From the NCBI GenBank assembly GCA_965603825.1, contig CBFDEM010000021.1, forward strand, positions 310,001 through 374,000: a stretch of 64,000 nucleotides of DNA, written 5' to 3'. The notes beneath the pieces were generated by a model. It made no database searches. It was not told where the DNA came from and worked only from the letters and a program-made list of their open reading frames with translations. Below, piece after piece: positions 1 through 11,825 of this stretch; the first letter of the stretch is position 1, and the number at the start of each line of letters is the position of its first letter. The stretch comes from Blepharisma stoltei ATCC 30299 (taxonomy: Eukaryota; Protista; Ciliophora). Both the position numbers and the translations under genes were made by a program.

Positions 1-708
1 CTAGGATCTACAAAAGTTTGTATTCGTTTTTGTTCTCCAAACATTCTTTTCGCTTCTTCTTGCTTTCTGATTTTTTCAAGTGTGCGTCTTTGTTCTTCAT
101 ATAAATCATGTTCAACCAGCTTTTCTACTTCTTCGCCGATTTCACTCATTTCGTCTTCTCATTCGAACCGTTTGTTTTTCTTTTTCACTATATCATTTTT
201 CTGAGGCTGTTTATTAAATGATTTAATTTGAATTTCTTGATTTTCTTTTATTTGCCTATGCAATTTATCTTCATCTAAAACTTTTGAAATGATTTTGTAT
301 TTTTCTAAGAAAAAGCTTGGAAGATTATTATACTTTTTTTGCTCCAGATTAGGGGAAAACACTTGGACTTTCATGTATTCTTTTAACGCTGGAGATAGGT
401 TTTTTCGATTTATATAAAGAAGATCTTCTAAGGGATAATAAGTGGCTTGATTTTGCTGGGTATCAATGTTTATTTCTTCCTCAGAAAGCTCTGTTATATG
501 TGGTTCAGGCGACTTATGAGTCATTGGTGCTGCTCTAATTGCATCTCTAAGTCTTAGACCGTATTTGACTTTATATCTTCGCATATCGCTGCATTTTCTG
601 ATTAAATGTTTACACGTAAAAGCTAAGCTTATCTTGTTTTGGGATAAATTTGTCTTTATTTGAGAAGCTTTTGATGAATTCTGCATGATGCAGCTCTGAA
701 GTGCTCAT
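1..708 (-). CDS. Hypothetical protein, 3' end runs off the window
   Basis: ORF 159-686 continues through TGA(161-159)=Trp into a charged, open frame to position 1. Likely ATG at 708, joined by a putative 16-nt intron at 598-613. Confidence 0.6.
598..613 (-). other. Putative 16-nt spliceosomal intron GTAAACATTTAATCAG
   Basis: Removal joins the ATG-708 frame to the long ORF (...SFYV/KCSDMRR). GT-AG ends, with A at -6. Confidence 0.55.
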
Positions 709-856
709 TTTTTATTTTGAAGTTAATTTTAAAACCACTAATAGGAAAGCTTATCGGATACACATTAATATTATATCTGTCTTATATTTATAAATCTATT
801 CATTCAGTAAAGTTATTAGAAATTATACGACTTTTCTATTGCTTTTAATTATAGAA

Positions 857-1924
857 TTACTCAGGCATTCCACTCCATGGTTGGCTTTTAAGCTCAATTT
901 CTACCACTTTTTCTTCCTCTTGTGCTTGTTTTACCTCATCTTCTGTCACTCCAGCTATAAACTTCGCAGCTTTATTGACTCCTTTTTTGGCTTCTTTTTC
1001 TACTTTATTCAACAGCTCCATGGTCTCTTGCTTCATAGTCTGAACTCTTGGGTTATTATTAACCATGTCAAACGCTGACTTAGCTGTGCTTGTGACAGTT
1101 GTGGCCACTCCAGTGGTCGTGGATTTTACAGCTTGGACTTGAGGATATTGTGCAATTTCATTGAATTTGTCGAAGGTATTATTGACTCCTTTCTCAACAG
1201 ATTCTATAATGGTTTTAGAAGTTTCTTCAACTCTCTTCACGACTGGCTGAGATGCTTCAGAGATATAGCCATAGGCAACATTTCCGGCACTTTTAGTTTT
1301 CTCGACAACAGAACTTACGCTATTTTGGACAGTCCCGACAACGCCCCAGGAAGTTTCGCTGACTTTTTGAACTGCAGGCTGAGCGTATTCATAAGCACGG
1401 TTTCCAGCTTGTTTGGTTAAGTTTACTGCTGAGCTAAACCACCCTCGAAGGCCCGATGAAGGTTGTTGATCTTTAGATTCTTCAGAAACCTGAGCAGGCG
1501 ATGTAGGAAGAGTAGGTGCTAATTGTATGCCGATATCTCTAGAAGGGAAGTCTACATCATAAGATTCTCCTGCAGCTACTACAACAAGTCTCTTCTTATA
1601 ATATTCTGCAGCATTACTTCTGTATTTTATGTCAATTGGAGTATTATGATCTATTCCATAATAAGCAAAAAATTCATGAAGGGCGGTGTTGCCGCCTGCA
1701 GTCATATTTTTCAATTGATTAATTTCCCAATCATTATCTAGCAAAGATTTCACAACATTTCCAAGAATGTTCATATGTGACTGAGCGCAGTGAGAACAAA
1801 TAAAAGTTCCGAAAGTAACTGAAGCTTGAGAAGGATCTGGATAAAAACAGTCACAACAGGCTTGATTTTCTGGGTCTTCCCTAAGTTTCTCAAACACTTG
1901 AGTATTTATGCCAGATTCGCTCAT
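857..1924 (-). CDS. ArfGAP-domain protein (ArfGAP1/Gcs1-like)
   Basis: N-terminal PENQACCDC...GTFICSHCAQSH zinc finger, MTAGGN and KYRSNAAEYY. ATG at 1924 (MSESG). Confidence 0.85.
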   Translation of the reverse strand: MSESGINTQVFEKLREDPENQACCDCFYPDPSQASVTFGTFICSHCAQSHMNILGNVVKSLLDNDWEINQLKNMTAGGNTALHEFFAYYGIDHNTPIDIKYRSNAAEYYKKRLVVVAAGESYDVDFPSRDIGIQLAPTLPTSPAQVSEESKDQQPSSGLRGWFSSAVNLTKQAGNRAYEYAQPAVQKVSETSWGVVGTVQNSVSSVVEKTKSAGNVAYGYISEASQPVVKRVEETSKTIIESVEKGVNNTFDKFNEIAQYPQVQAVKSTTTGVATTVTSTAKSAFDMVNNNPRVQTMKQETMELLNKVEKEAKKGVNKAAKFIAGVTEDEVKQAQEEEKVVEIELKSQPWSGMPE

Positions 1925-2199
1925 TTTATATTGGAGATAATTAATGCTGATAAATTTAAGATAACAGAACAAGGAGGACTTAAATTAGAGTCAGAGAATT
2001 ACAAAAATTTTATGTAAAAAATAAATTATTTGAGGTTGTATAAATAATTTTTATAAAAACGGCTTGAAAGATGGCTTAAAAATAGATAACGCTGCTAAAA
2101 ATCTGAAGGTTAATAAGAAAAATAAATATAAATAATGTGCATTTCTTTTTATTAAATTAACAGCTAGTAGTTATAAAGCTATTTTTATTAATTATAATC

Positions 2200-3006
2200 A
2201 TGGATACAGATCGCGATTTGGTACCTGAGCTGGAAAACTTATATGAAAATAAAGATTGGGAGCACTTGCTAGCGAGATCTTCTGAATCTCCTCAAGATCC
2301 TGAAATTCAGTATTATAGAGTAGATTTTATTTAGGCCCTAGCTATGCAACAGCTTCACCGATTTCAAGAAGCAATAAAGATTTTTGAGTCTATTTATTCA
2401 CACATCGGAGTTTTGAGAGAAATTGACTATAACTTGGGGCTATGCCATTACCACCTTAGTAACATAGAGCCATCAATTGATTATTTGAGGCGATATATGT
2501 ATTCCAATCCAAGCCACCCTTACATATATTTTCACCTTGTGAAAGTGATGCTTGTTAAGAGTAATTTTTATTTAGAACTTCATACGGATATTGATGATGT
2601 TTGCGAGCGTGCTGTTGTATGAAGGTCAAAAAAAATCCCGTACAGAATTTGGGCATATTCGTTATATCAGCTCAAAAAATATAAAGAAGCCCATGGGAAG
2701 TGCTTGATAATTTTGGAGAAAAATAAAGAAGAGCATGCCATATGATTCTTACTTGGAAAAGTCCTCAGAAGATGCAAATATATAAAAGAGTGCAGAGCTG
2801 CCTTTGAAAAGTGCTGTGCCCTCGACCCAGAAAACCTGAAATACAAAAAGCGATATGAATCCCTTATTACAAAAATCGCCACAAAGCGTGATTATTCTTC
2901 TGCAAAGCCAAAAATTCAGTTAGATACTCCAATTCTCCCTAAAACTGCCGGGATAAAATTTCTTGAAAATCGTGGCTGCGAAGACTTATTTTGTAGGTTA
3001 TTTTAA
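2200..3006 (+). CDS. TPR-repeat protein with C-terminal CaaX-like CRLF
   Basis: TPR-like segments YNLGLCHYHL and WFLLGKVL...AFEKCCALDPEN. Two 15-nt introns, two TGA=Trp, TAA at 3004-3006. Confidence 0.75.
2320..2334 (+). other. 15-nt intron GTAGATTTTATTTAG
   Basis: Contains the in-frame TAG. Removal restores QYYR/ALAMQQ. Confidence 0.85.
2561..2575 (+). other. Putative stop-less 15-nt intron GTAATTTTTATTTAG
   Basis: Perfect match to the window consensus GTA.....TA...AG. Not forced by the reading frame. Confidence 0.65.
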
Positions 3007-3055
3007 TTATTGTTTTAATATTATGCTTTTAATTCTGAAACAGGGATTTAGCAAA

Positions 3056-4135
3056 CTATTTTGCTGTAGGAGTGTCAGCAACTGCTTTCACAAAATCTTT
3101 AGGGACTTCGTCTAATGTGTAAGTGTCCCAGGCTGTTTTTATACGCTCATCATTTTCAAATTCTTCAGGAATAAGTAAGCTTTCGTTTTCAGATTCATCT
3201 TCTTCAAGAATGAGTGTTTGTATCTTTAGTTTTAATGTGGTATCTAATATTTTTTCAATGTCCACATTTTCGGTAATAAGATTAGAAAAAAACTCAAGTA
3301 AGCCTTCAAAGTCGCTGTTTAAAATTTCATTTTGATAGTGGCTTATAATTCCTAGTGCAATATTTACCATCCCACCAAGTCCAAAAACCATCAAAAAATC
3401 CCAAATTCTTATACTACAGGATAGTGGAAATGAATAGGTAAACATCGTAAGAAACCACTTTTTGAGCCATAACATGTCATCAAACTCAACATTATCAAGA
3501 TGTTGAGAAACAGTTGGAAATAAATTTTCAGCTTCTTTATAAAAGCGATCGGCAAAAGTATTTACAAGTGAGAAATCTACGTCAAATAAATTTTTGACTC
3601 CAAATTTATTGAAAATGCAATCAAGCATCCAGTAACTTTCGCATTCATTTCCGCCTGATACAATTAATAGCATGCCAGCTATAAAATTGATCCCTTGGCA
3701 ATAGTCAATTTTATTGAATCCTATGAAGTTTAATAGGAGCTGTCTTAATGAGATAAGGTATTTCCCATTTGCAGAGAATTCTGGGTGGCTAGGAAATGTG
3801 CGCTCTATGTCTTTATCAATTACGTATATCAGGTCCGGGTCTTTAACTGAATCCGAAATTTGAACGTATTTAGAATAATCGATTTTACAATTCAAAACTG
3901 TTTTTCATAGGTTTCACCGAGCTTTTGGGGATAACTCTATCAGTAAAATTTTGAGCAAATTTTCTTTCCCCTTTTTAAGAAGCGGAAAAAAATTTTGGGC
4001 TGTTTTGGAATAGGCTTCATTTCTGGTATAGAAATATATAGGGATTTGTGGAGTACTTTCTGAGTGGACTTTATTTGACACTTTAGGCTTCGAACAGGCT
4101 TTTTTCTTGCTTGGAATCGTGCATTTGGAACCCAT
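3056..4135 (-). CDS. TBC-domain Rab GTPase-activating protein
   Basis: IDKDIERTFP and YCQGINF motifs. ORFs 3914-4135 and 3056-3895 join via KAR-W-NL-W-K (two TGA). N-terminal MGSKC acylation-type motif. Confidence 0.9.
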
Positions 4136-4606
4136 ATTATTTTAATAATGGACTAAATTTAATAACTTCGATATTATAGCTACTGGCTAACTATAAAAGA
4201 ATTTAGAATACTATTTTTGTATAAAAATTGAATTTGGATAATTTTTCACTCCTAAAGTTTTAAATTTTACCTTAAATTAGGTTATACAGTAGATAATAAC
4301 GCAAAATAGAATGCAACGTAAGATAAAAATATTTAATGCTACAATAAAATGGTTCATTTCAACGGGAATTTTGAAATGATCAAGATTAAATTCTTTTAGA
4401 TCATAGCTTTCTCTTTGGGTTTCCATTCCTCTTGCAAAGGTAAGAAAACAATCTCAACTTCTCAATGAATTTTTATATATCTCATTAAAAATTATCATTT
4501 AATTAGCTCTCGCATCTCTATCCAATAATATTTGGATAAAAATAATAAACACCTGCTAATATTTATTTCTCATTTAACCAATGTATTATCTTTTTTATCC
4601 GAGATT

Positions 4607-6153
4607 ATGGGAAACTGCACTTGCTTAGAACGCAATAACCACAAGGTAAAAGCCCCAAAAAAGTCAAACTCTACTAGCAAAACAGCGGAATCAGACGACA
4701 ATAAAGCTGACACAAAACCTCAAACTCCACGTGTCAATAAATCTAAATTTGTTAAGAAATCTCTAGGGAGTTTGAACCAAAACTTCGAAATCCTCAAACA
4801 TCTCGGCGAAGGTGGCTATGGGAAAGTTTATTTAGTAAGAGATAAACGAACTAACATCATACGAGCTATAAAAGAGGTCCAAAAATCAAAAACTGATAGT
4901 CAGTCAAACCAATCGTTATTAGATGAAGTAGAAATTCTTAAAGAACTAGTAATTTCTATTATAGGACCATCCAAATATAATGAAAATTTATGAAGTGATA
5001 GAATCATCAGATTGCTATTATATTGTAACGGAGCTACTATCGGGCGGAGAGTTATTTGATAAGCTTTTACATTATGAAGAGATAACTGAAGGGATTGCAG
5101 CGAAGTATATGTTTGATATTTTAGGAGCTTTGAATTATTGCCATGCACGTGGGATCATCCACAGAGATCTGAAGCCTGAAAATCTGCTATTTGAATCAAA
5201 AGACCCAGATTCTGCTTTAAAAATTATTGACTTTGGAATTGCTTCGAAGCTCCTTCCAAATTCAAAATTATCTGAAGCCATCGGCACAGTAACATTCTAT
5301 ATAGATCTACTATATGGCTCCAGAGGTCCTAGAAGGCTCCTATGACTCTAAATGTGACATATGAAGCGCTGGAGTAATTTTATTCATTATGCTTACTGGG
5401 AAAGCACCATTTAATGGTGAAACTCAAGCTGACACTATTTTGCAGATATCTGAAGGAATCGCTCACAAAAAGAAATATCTTAAACATTTATCTCCGGATG
5501 CTAAAGATCTTATTGTAAGCATGCTTAATTCTGACCCAAATTTGCGCCTATCAGCTCAAGAAGCGTTAGATCACCCATGGATCCAAAATAATATCAATAA
5601 AAATATAGAAGATCTTCCTATTTCTCAAGATGCGTTATCAAGACTAGGCGGTTTTAGGGTATTTTTTATATAGGCTTCGACAGAGCTGCAAAAGTCCATA
5701 TTGATTTTCATTTCTTCACAGATTTTTGGGCATAATGAAGAACAAGAGTTAGCCAGACTATTTAGAGAGCTAGATAAAAATGGGGATGGAAAATTATCAC
5801 GTGAAGAGCTCGAAGATGGCTACAAAAATCTCAAGCTTGTATCAAAAGCCCAAGTAGAAGAAATCATTAATAACTGCGACACTGATGGAAGCGGATATAT
5901 TGACTATAGTGAATTTCTTATGGCCGCTACCAACTGAAATCAAGTTTTCCAAAAAGAACAGCTGAGAAATGCATTTAGCTTATATGATCAGAGTGGTGAT
6001 GGGCTTTTATCTTTAGAAGAGTTGAAAACTTCAATACCAGGTATTGAAGACAGTGAATGGGACAAGTTTTTAGAAGACGCTGATTCTGATGGCGATGGAA
6101 TGATCAGCTTAAACGAGCTTAAGCAATATTTATCTAACAAAATATTTAATTAA
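4607..6153 (+). CDS. Calcium-dependent protein kinase (kinase + 4 EF-hands)
   Basis: GEGGYG, HRDLKPEN, DFG, YMAPE and D-I-W(TGA 5362)-S. EF-hands DKNGDG, DTDGSG, DQSGDG, DSDGDG. MGNCTC N-terminus. Three tiny introns. Confidence 0.93.
4949..4964 (+). other. 16-nt intron GTAATTTCTATTATAG
   Basis: Removal fixes a frameshift and gives the canonical LKEL/DHPNIMKIYE. Confidence 0.92.
5289..5304 (+). other. 16-nt intron GTAACATTCTATATAG
   Basis: Removal fixes a frameshift and gives IGT/IYYMAPEVL. Confidence 0.92.
5659..5673 (+). other. 15-nt intron GTATTTTTTATATAG
   Basis: Contains the in-frame TAG. Removal gives the CDPK junction FR/ASTELQKS. Confidence 0.88.
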
Positions 6154-6197
6154 ATATTATAGTGTTTAACAAAAATTCAAATAAAAATTCTTCATAA

Positions 6198-7796
6198 ATG
6201 ATAGAATCTAGAATCGAGGAAAGGAACAATAACTACCAAAAACTACCTGATTATTCAACAGTTCTTCAAAAGAGAGAAGAGGGAGCAATACAGCTGCGAA
6301 AAAAGAAAAGAACGGAAAATACACTTAAAAAAAGAGCGCTTTTGGCACCTGAAATCATTGAAGCAGACCCCAGCTTGCTTGAAAGGCCAAAGACTCCTCT
6401 AAACTTCAGATACTCTTCAACGCTTATTGAATTGTGCCCAGCATTAGGGACATTTGATATTTCTCCTAATGATAAAATCTCAATCCTTTTTGAGCTAATT
6501 AAAAAGCCACAAAATCTTGAAATTACAAGCGAATTAGTAAAATTGCTCAGGAAAATCTTTTCAAGTGAGCAAAATCCTCCTCTTGCTGAAGCTGTAACTT
6601 CAGGAGTTTCCATAGTTTTAATTGAATTATTGCGTACCGCTCCTTTATATATCAAATTAGAAGCTGCTTGATGCATTATTAATCTCACTTGCAGCCCTCC
6701 TGATGTCGCTGATTTATTAATACAGCAAGGCGCAGCACAAGCCTTGCTAGAAAATTTAGACTCAGACTCCTTAGACTTAGTAGACTTATGTGTCTGGGCA
6801 TTTGGAAACATTGCAACAAACTCCGTAAAAGACAGAAATATGGTGATAAAAATGAAAATAATCGATAAATTGTTGCAAATTTGTGAGAGAAAAATGACAA
6901 ATACACTGATAGAGGATATTTCATGAGTAATTTCTTGTTTAACAATGCATAATCCTCCCACAGATCCCAATGAATTTTATAAATTTCTTGATTATTTGCC
7001 TATTTTTTTCGAAGCCAATAATAATCGGGCAATAGAAGATTCATGCAAAACTTTAGTGTTTTTAACTAATCAAGGATCAGAATGAATAGATAAAGTAATA
7101 AAAACTGGCCTGCTGCCTAAGATAGCAGAGCTATTAGTCAGTTCTGTTGCCAGTCTGCAATTTTTGGCTTTAAAAATCTTAGGAAATGTCGCAACTGGAG
7201 ATGAGGAGCAGACTGATCTTGCAATTAATTTAGGACTTGCAGATCAAATAGGGCAAGTTTTAATGCCGACAGCAGTGTCTTCTGTAAAAATGGAGTGCTT
7301 GTGGGCTATTAGTAATATTTTGGCAGGAACAGCTGCACAGGTCACCTTGATTATAAATAAGCCTTATTTTCCTAAAATTGTAAATTTGATGATAGACTCA
7401 GATTCAGCTATGAGAAAAGAAGCAATTTGGGCTATTTCAAATGCGACTTTCTGCAAAGATCCAGAAACTATACTTTCTTTACTTCAATTCCCAGTATTAG
7501 AATATTTCACAGAAGCTTTTGAACTAAATGACATAAAAATTTACCACTCAGTAATTTCTGCAATTTACAATATCTTAAAATCAGGTCAGCAAAGGCTAAA
7601 AAACGGAAAAAATCTCGCAGCAGTTAAATTTGAAGAGCTAGGAGGTGTCGAGATTTTAGAAGAAATTTTTAGGAAACATGGGGATGCAGCCAGCAAAAAA
7701 ACACAGAGAATTTTAGAAGAATTTTATGGGATTATTGAAGAAGACGAAGAAATTCAAATACTGACTGAGGTTCCTGCTACTTTTATATTTAGTTAA
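6198..7796 (+). CDS. Importin alpha (IBB + ARM repeats)
   Basis: IBB-like KREEGAIQLRKKKR. ARM motifs EAA-W(TGA)-CIIN, WAFGNIA, WAISNI, KEAIWAISNA. Three in-frame TGA. Confidence 0.92.
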
Positions 7797-7874
7797 ATAA
7801 TTATTACACTTAATCTCACTTAAGATACCATTTTTATTGATATTTTTAGTTAGCTAAACACATTTTATAATAAA

Positions 7875-10800
7875 ATGAACTGGGAAGCTCAATTAAATAT
7901 CCCTCCAACAGAAAGTTCTTCTACTTATTCTTCATTTTTACAGTCTTCTATCTCTAAGCCCTTAGCTATGGAAAAGTGTGGAAGCTCTTGAGGCACTCGA
8001 GACCATCGTGATGGGTATCTTGACCCAAAAATCTTATCCACAGTGGAAAATCTACTCAAAAACGAGAGCTCTAGTGGGATTAACTTTGATAGCTATGAAA
8101 AAATTCCTGTTGAAATCAGTGAAAGCTTTCCCCAAATCAACTTTTTCACAGATTGTGATGTAAATGAGCTGTTGCTCAAAAACGTTGCCAGGATGGGATA
8201 CAAGCGCCCTACTCCAGTCCAGAAGTATGCCATACCTGTATCAATACTCAGAAGAGACTTAATGGCAATTGCTGAGACTGGCTCAGGTAAAACAGCCGCC
8301 TTTTTATTCCCTATGTTTGCAAAAATGCTCAAAGATGGTCCGCCACATCCAATTGATAGTGACATAGCCTACCCAATTGGGCTTATTTTAGCACCAACAA
8401 GAGAGTTAGTCCAGCAGCTCCATGAGGAAACCTTGAAATTTGCCCATAAAACTGGCATTAAAACTCTCTGTGTTTTTGGCGGTACTGGGATGCAGTATCA
8501 AATGAACGAGCTTAAGCGAGGCGTTGACATCCTTGTAGCTACCCCTGGAAGACTTATTGATTTTCTCAATAGAAAGCTGATAAATCTGTCAATTATAAGG
8601 TACTTGATTTTAGATGAAGGTGATAGGATGCTTGATATGGGGTTTGAGCCTTCTATTAAGAGGATTCTGGAAGCGACTGAAGGCAATGATCATGAAACTA
8701 TTATGAGTTCTGCCACTTTTTCACCTGAAATGAGGAAAATTGCTGAAATTTACATGAAAGATTATGTATATTTGACTGTTGGAAAAGCAGGCTCTACTTC
8801 AGAAAATATCACTCAGAGATTCTACTACGTTGAAGATTATTCCAAAATGCCTGCCCTACTACAAATTCTCCAAGAAATCAGAGGCCTCACTTTAATTTTC
8901 GTCGAGCGTAGAACTGAAGTTGAGGTAGTCGCTAATTTTTTACAAGAAAATGGACACGAAGCAGCTTGTATTCATGGAGAAAAAAACCAATTTGAAAGGC
9001 ATAAAGCACTTACAAGTTTCAAAGCTGGAAGAGTCCAAATTTTAGTCGCGACTGATGTAGCTTCCAGAGGTCTTGATATCCAGAATATTGAAACTGTGAT
9101 TAATTATGATACTCCAAAGCAAATTGAAGGATATATTCATAGGATTGGCAGAACTGGAAGAATTGGGAAAAGCGGCTTAGCTATTTCTTTTTTAAATTCA
9201 GGATGCAGATCTATATTTAGAGAACTCAGAGACTTGCTGATAGAGACAAAACAAGAAATTCCTGAATGATATGAAGATCTTATGACTGGGAAGGCTAGGC
9301 CTAAATATCCAAGCTGTGATAAATGATATGGAGATTCAAGTAAAATTGGGGGAAAAAGCTATGAAAGAAGAGAATATGGAGGAAACAATCATTATGCAGG
9401 CAATAAAGAAAATTCAGGATGGGGAGCTGAAAATAGAGGCTATGGAAGCTCGGATTGAGATCTAAAAAGCTCAGAATCTGGATGGGGTGCACAGAGTAAT
9501 GCGAAGCCTAGATATGGGGAAAACACTAATAAAGCAAGCTATGGGCAAGCAAATAGAGATAATAAAAAATTTGATCAAAATAGCTACCAATATAGTGGAA
9601 GGTTTAAATGTGACCAAGAATATGAAAAAAGAAATTCTGACTATTTTGCCTCACAGAATCCTCCATACTATTTAGCTAACCAAAAAGGGCCTACAAGAAA
9701 TCATGATAATCCTTCAGAACAATGGGGGAAGCAAGGAAGCAACTATAATCAAAAGCAGGCTTTTCAAAGCCACAACCAAGAGGATTACCAAAGACGCATC
9801 TCAAATCCTTCAACTCAAAATGATCTATGGGGCTCTCAAAATAGCCAAAGGGAATCCCAAAGCAGCCAAATGTGGGGATCAAGCCCTTCATCTGTTCAAA
9901 GCAACCAATGGAAACCCAAAAATAGCGTAAGCTCAGCACAAAGTAATCAACGAGGAGATTATAACAAAAGCAACCAATGAAGCCAAGATAATGCCCAATA
10001 CAGATCTAGAGATTATGATCAAAGCAGTCAATGGGAGCAAGAGCGAGGAGATAGTAGCAAAAGCAGTCAGTGGGGTCAAGGTAATCCTCAGCGAGGAGCT
10101 AGGGATTATGATAAAAGCAATCAATGGAGTGGCCAAGAAAATAGTCAACGAGAAGCTAACAACTATGAAAAAAGCAGCGAGTGGGGAGGTCAAGAAAATA
10201 GCCAACGAGGAGCGAGAAATTATGATAAAAGCAATCAATGGGGTAGTCAAGATAGCAACAAAAGAGTAGATAGCCAAAGAAGAGATAAAAATTATGATAG
10301 AAGCGATCAATGGGGAAGCAAAGAGGGCAATCAAAGAGGACCTGGCATTGATAGGAGCAATCAGTGGGGTGATCAAGAAAGCAGGTATGAAAAGAAATTT
10401 AAAAACAGCTCAAGGCTAGATGTTGAAAATCCAAGAAGGCATCAGGATAAAGGAAGGCAATCAATATCATCCGATTGGGGTGATATTCCTACTACTAAAG
10501 CAGAAGCCAGAAGTAGTTTAGGCTCAGGCTGGGGTGATATTCCTGCTACCAAATCTGAAGCGAAAAGCAACCCAAATTCAGGCTGGGGTGATATTCCTGC
10601 TACCAAAACAGAAACCAAAAGTAGCCTCAGTTCGGGTTGGGGCGATATTAGCAGCAGTAAGCCAGAAGTCAAAAGCAATCCAAATCCAGGCTGGGGCGAT
10701 ATTCCTTCAGCTAAGACAGCAGCAAAAAGTAATTTAAATTCAAGTTGGGGTGATACCCCCGCTCTTAAATCAGAAACCAAAAGCAGCTCAAACTCTGGCT

Positions 10801-11642
10801 GGGGCGATATTCCGACTACCAAAACAGAAATCAAAAACAATACAAATTCTAATCGGTGTGATATCCCTTGTGCTAAAATAGAAGCCAAAAGCAATCAAAA
10901 TTCAGGCTGGGATGACATTGATACCAAATCAGAAATAAAAGTCAATCCGAGCTTAGACTGGAAAGATACTCCTCTCGCCAAATCAGAAACAAAAGCCAGC
11001 ACAAATTCTGGATGGGGTGATGCTCCTGCTACTAAAGCAGAAAATAAAAGCAACCCAAACTCAGGCTGGGCCGATATTCTTGATAATAAAAATGAAGCCA
11101 AAATTAGCCCAAGTTCAAGCTCAAGTGATACTCCCATTAATAAATCAGAAGCAAAAAGCGATCCATATTCTAGCTGGAGCGATATTCTTGTTACTAAAAA
11201 TGAAGACAAAGGCAACCCAAGTTTGAGCTGGAGCGATATTCTTTCTACCAAATCAGAAACAAAAATCAACCCAAATTCAAGCTGAAGTGATACTGTAAAA
11301 CCGGAAGCCAAAAGCAATATAAACTCAGATTGGAGAGACACTCCTTCAGAAATATTGCAAAAAGAAATCCCTAACCCCACTGATATTTATAGTGCTGTAA
11401 AAAATGAAAATTCTTACGACACCTCCAGTAAAAGTCCAGCCAAAAAAATAAACTCAGATGTTCTCGGTAACTGGGATAAATTTGGCAGCTCTTTAGAAAA
11501 GCAAACCTGAACACCAGGAGAAAAGTCATCTCCGTGAATAGGCTGCAGTGAAAGCCTCTACGGAATTCAGCTTTCTAGTCAAGCTTCAATTGAAGAAACA
11601 AAAGAAGTAACCATAGAAAGTGTTCTGGTAGAAAACTTATAA
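7875..11642 (+). CDS. DDX3/Vasa(PL10)-family DEAD-box RNA helicase with ~790-aa WG/GW-repeat C-terminal tail (1255 aa)
   Basis: GINFDSYEKIPVE, Q motif PTPVQ, AETGSGKT, PTREL, TPGR, DEGD, SAT, HRIGRTGR and QEIPE-W(TGA). The frame has no TAA/TAG from ATG 7875 to TAA 11640-11642. Confidence 0.9.
9900..10380 (+). repeat. Degenerate coding repeat, ~13-24 aa units, consensus (Q)RG..(D/N)YDKS(N/S)QWG.Q
   Basis: Trp codons at 9909, 9978(TGA), 10032, 10071, 10125, 10182, 10239, 10311 and 10365. Confidence 0.8.
10467..11345 (+). repeat. 54-bp (18-aa) coding tandem repeat, 17 units, consensus SGWGDIPATKSEAKSNPN
   Basis: Trp-position codons at 10476, 10530, 10584, 10638, 10692, 10746, 10800, 10854, 10908, 10959, 11013, 11067, 11121, 11175, 11229, 11283(TGA) and 11331. 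Confidence 0.93.
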
Positions 11643-11825
11643 TTATAAAGGATAATATATAGTGTTGTTAAAATCATATCTAATTTGTAATAAATTCAAA
11701 TTTCTGACACTTTTATATGCATTTTGCACATTTAGTATATATATTGGCATTTGAATCATATCTTATATTTATATATAGCCTATTCTCTTATGCATGAATT
11801 ATAATTGTAAATCTTTTAATTATTA

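Noticed and set aside
6266-6970. 234-aa antisense ORF over importin-alpha, and similar antisense ORFs over tubulin and BEACH
   Set aside because: No motifs. Explained as reverse-frame shadows of real coding sequence.
10467-11345. Regularly spaced repeats resembling a CRISPR array
   Set aside because: The whole 54-bp unit is repeated in codon phase with no unique spacers. The context is eukaryotic and no cas genes are present.
9691-11380. Hydrophobic repetitive ORFs on the minus strand and short alternative plus-frame ORFs
   Set aside because: They are shadows of the helicase WG-repeat tail. The true frame is continuous with the helicase once TGA=Trp.
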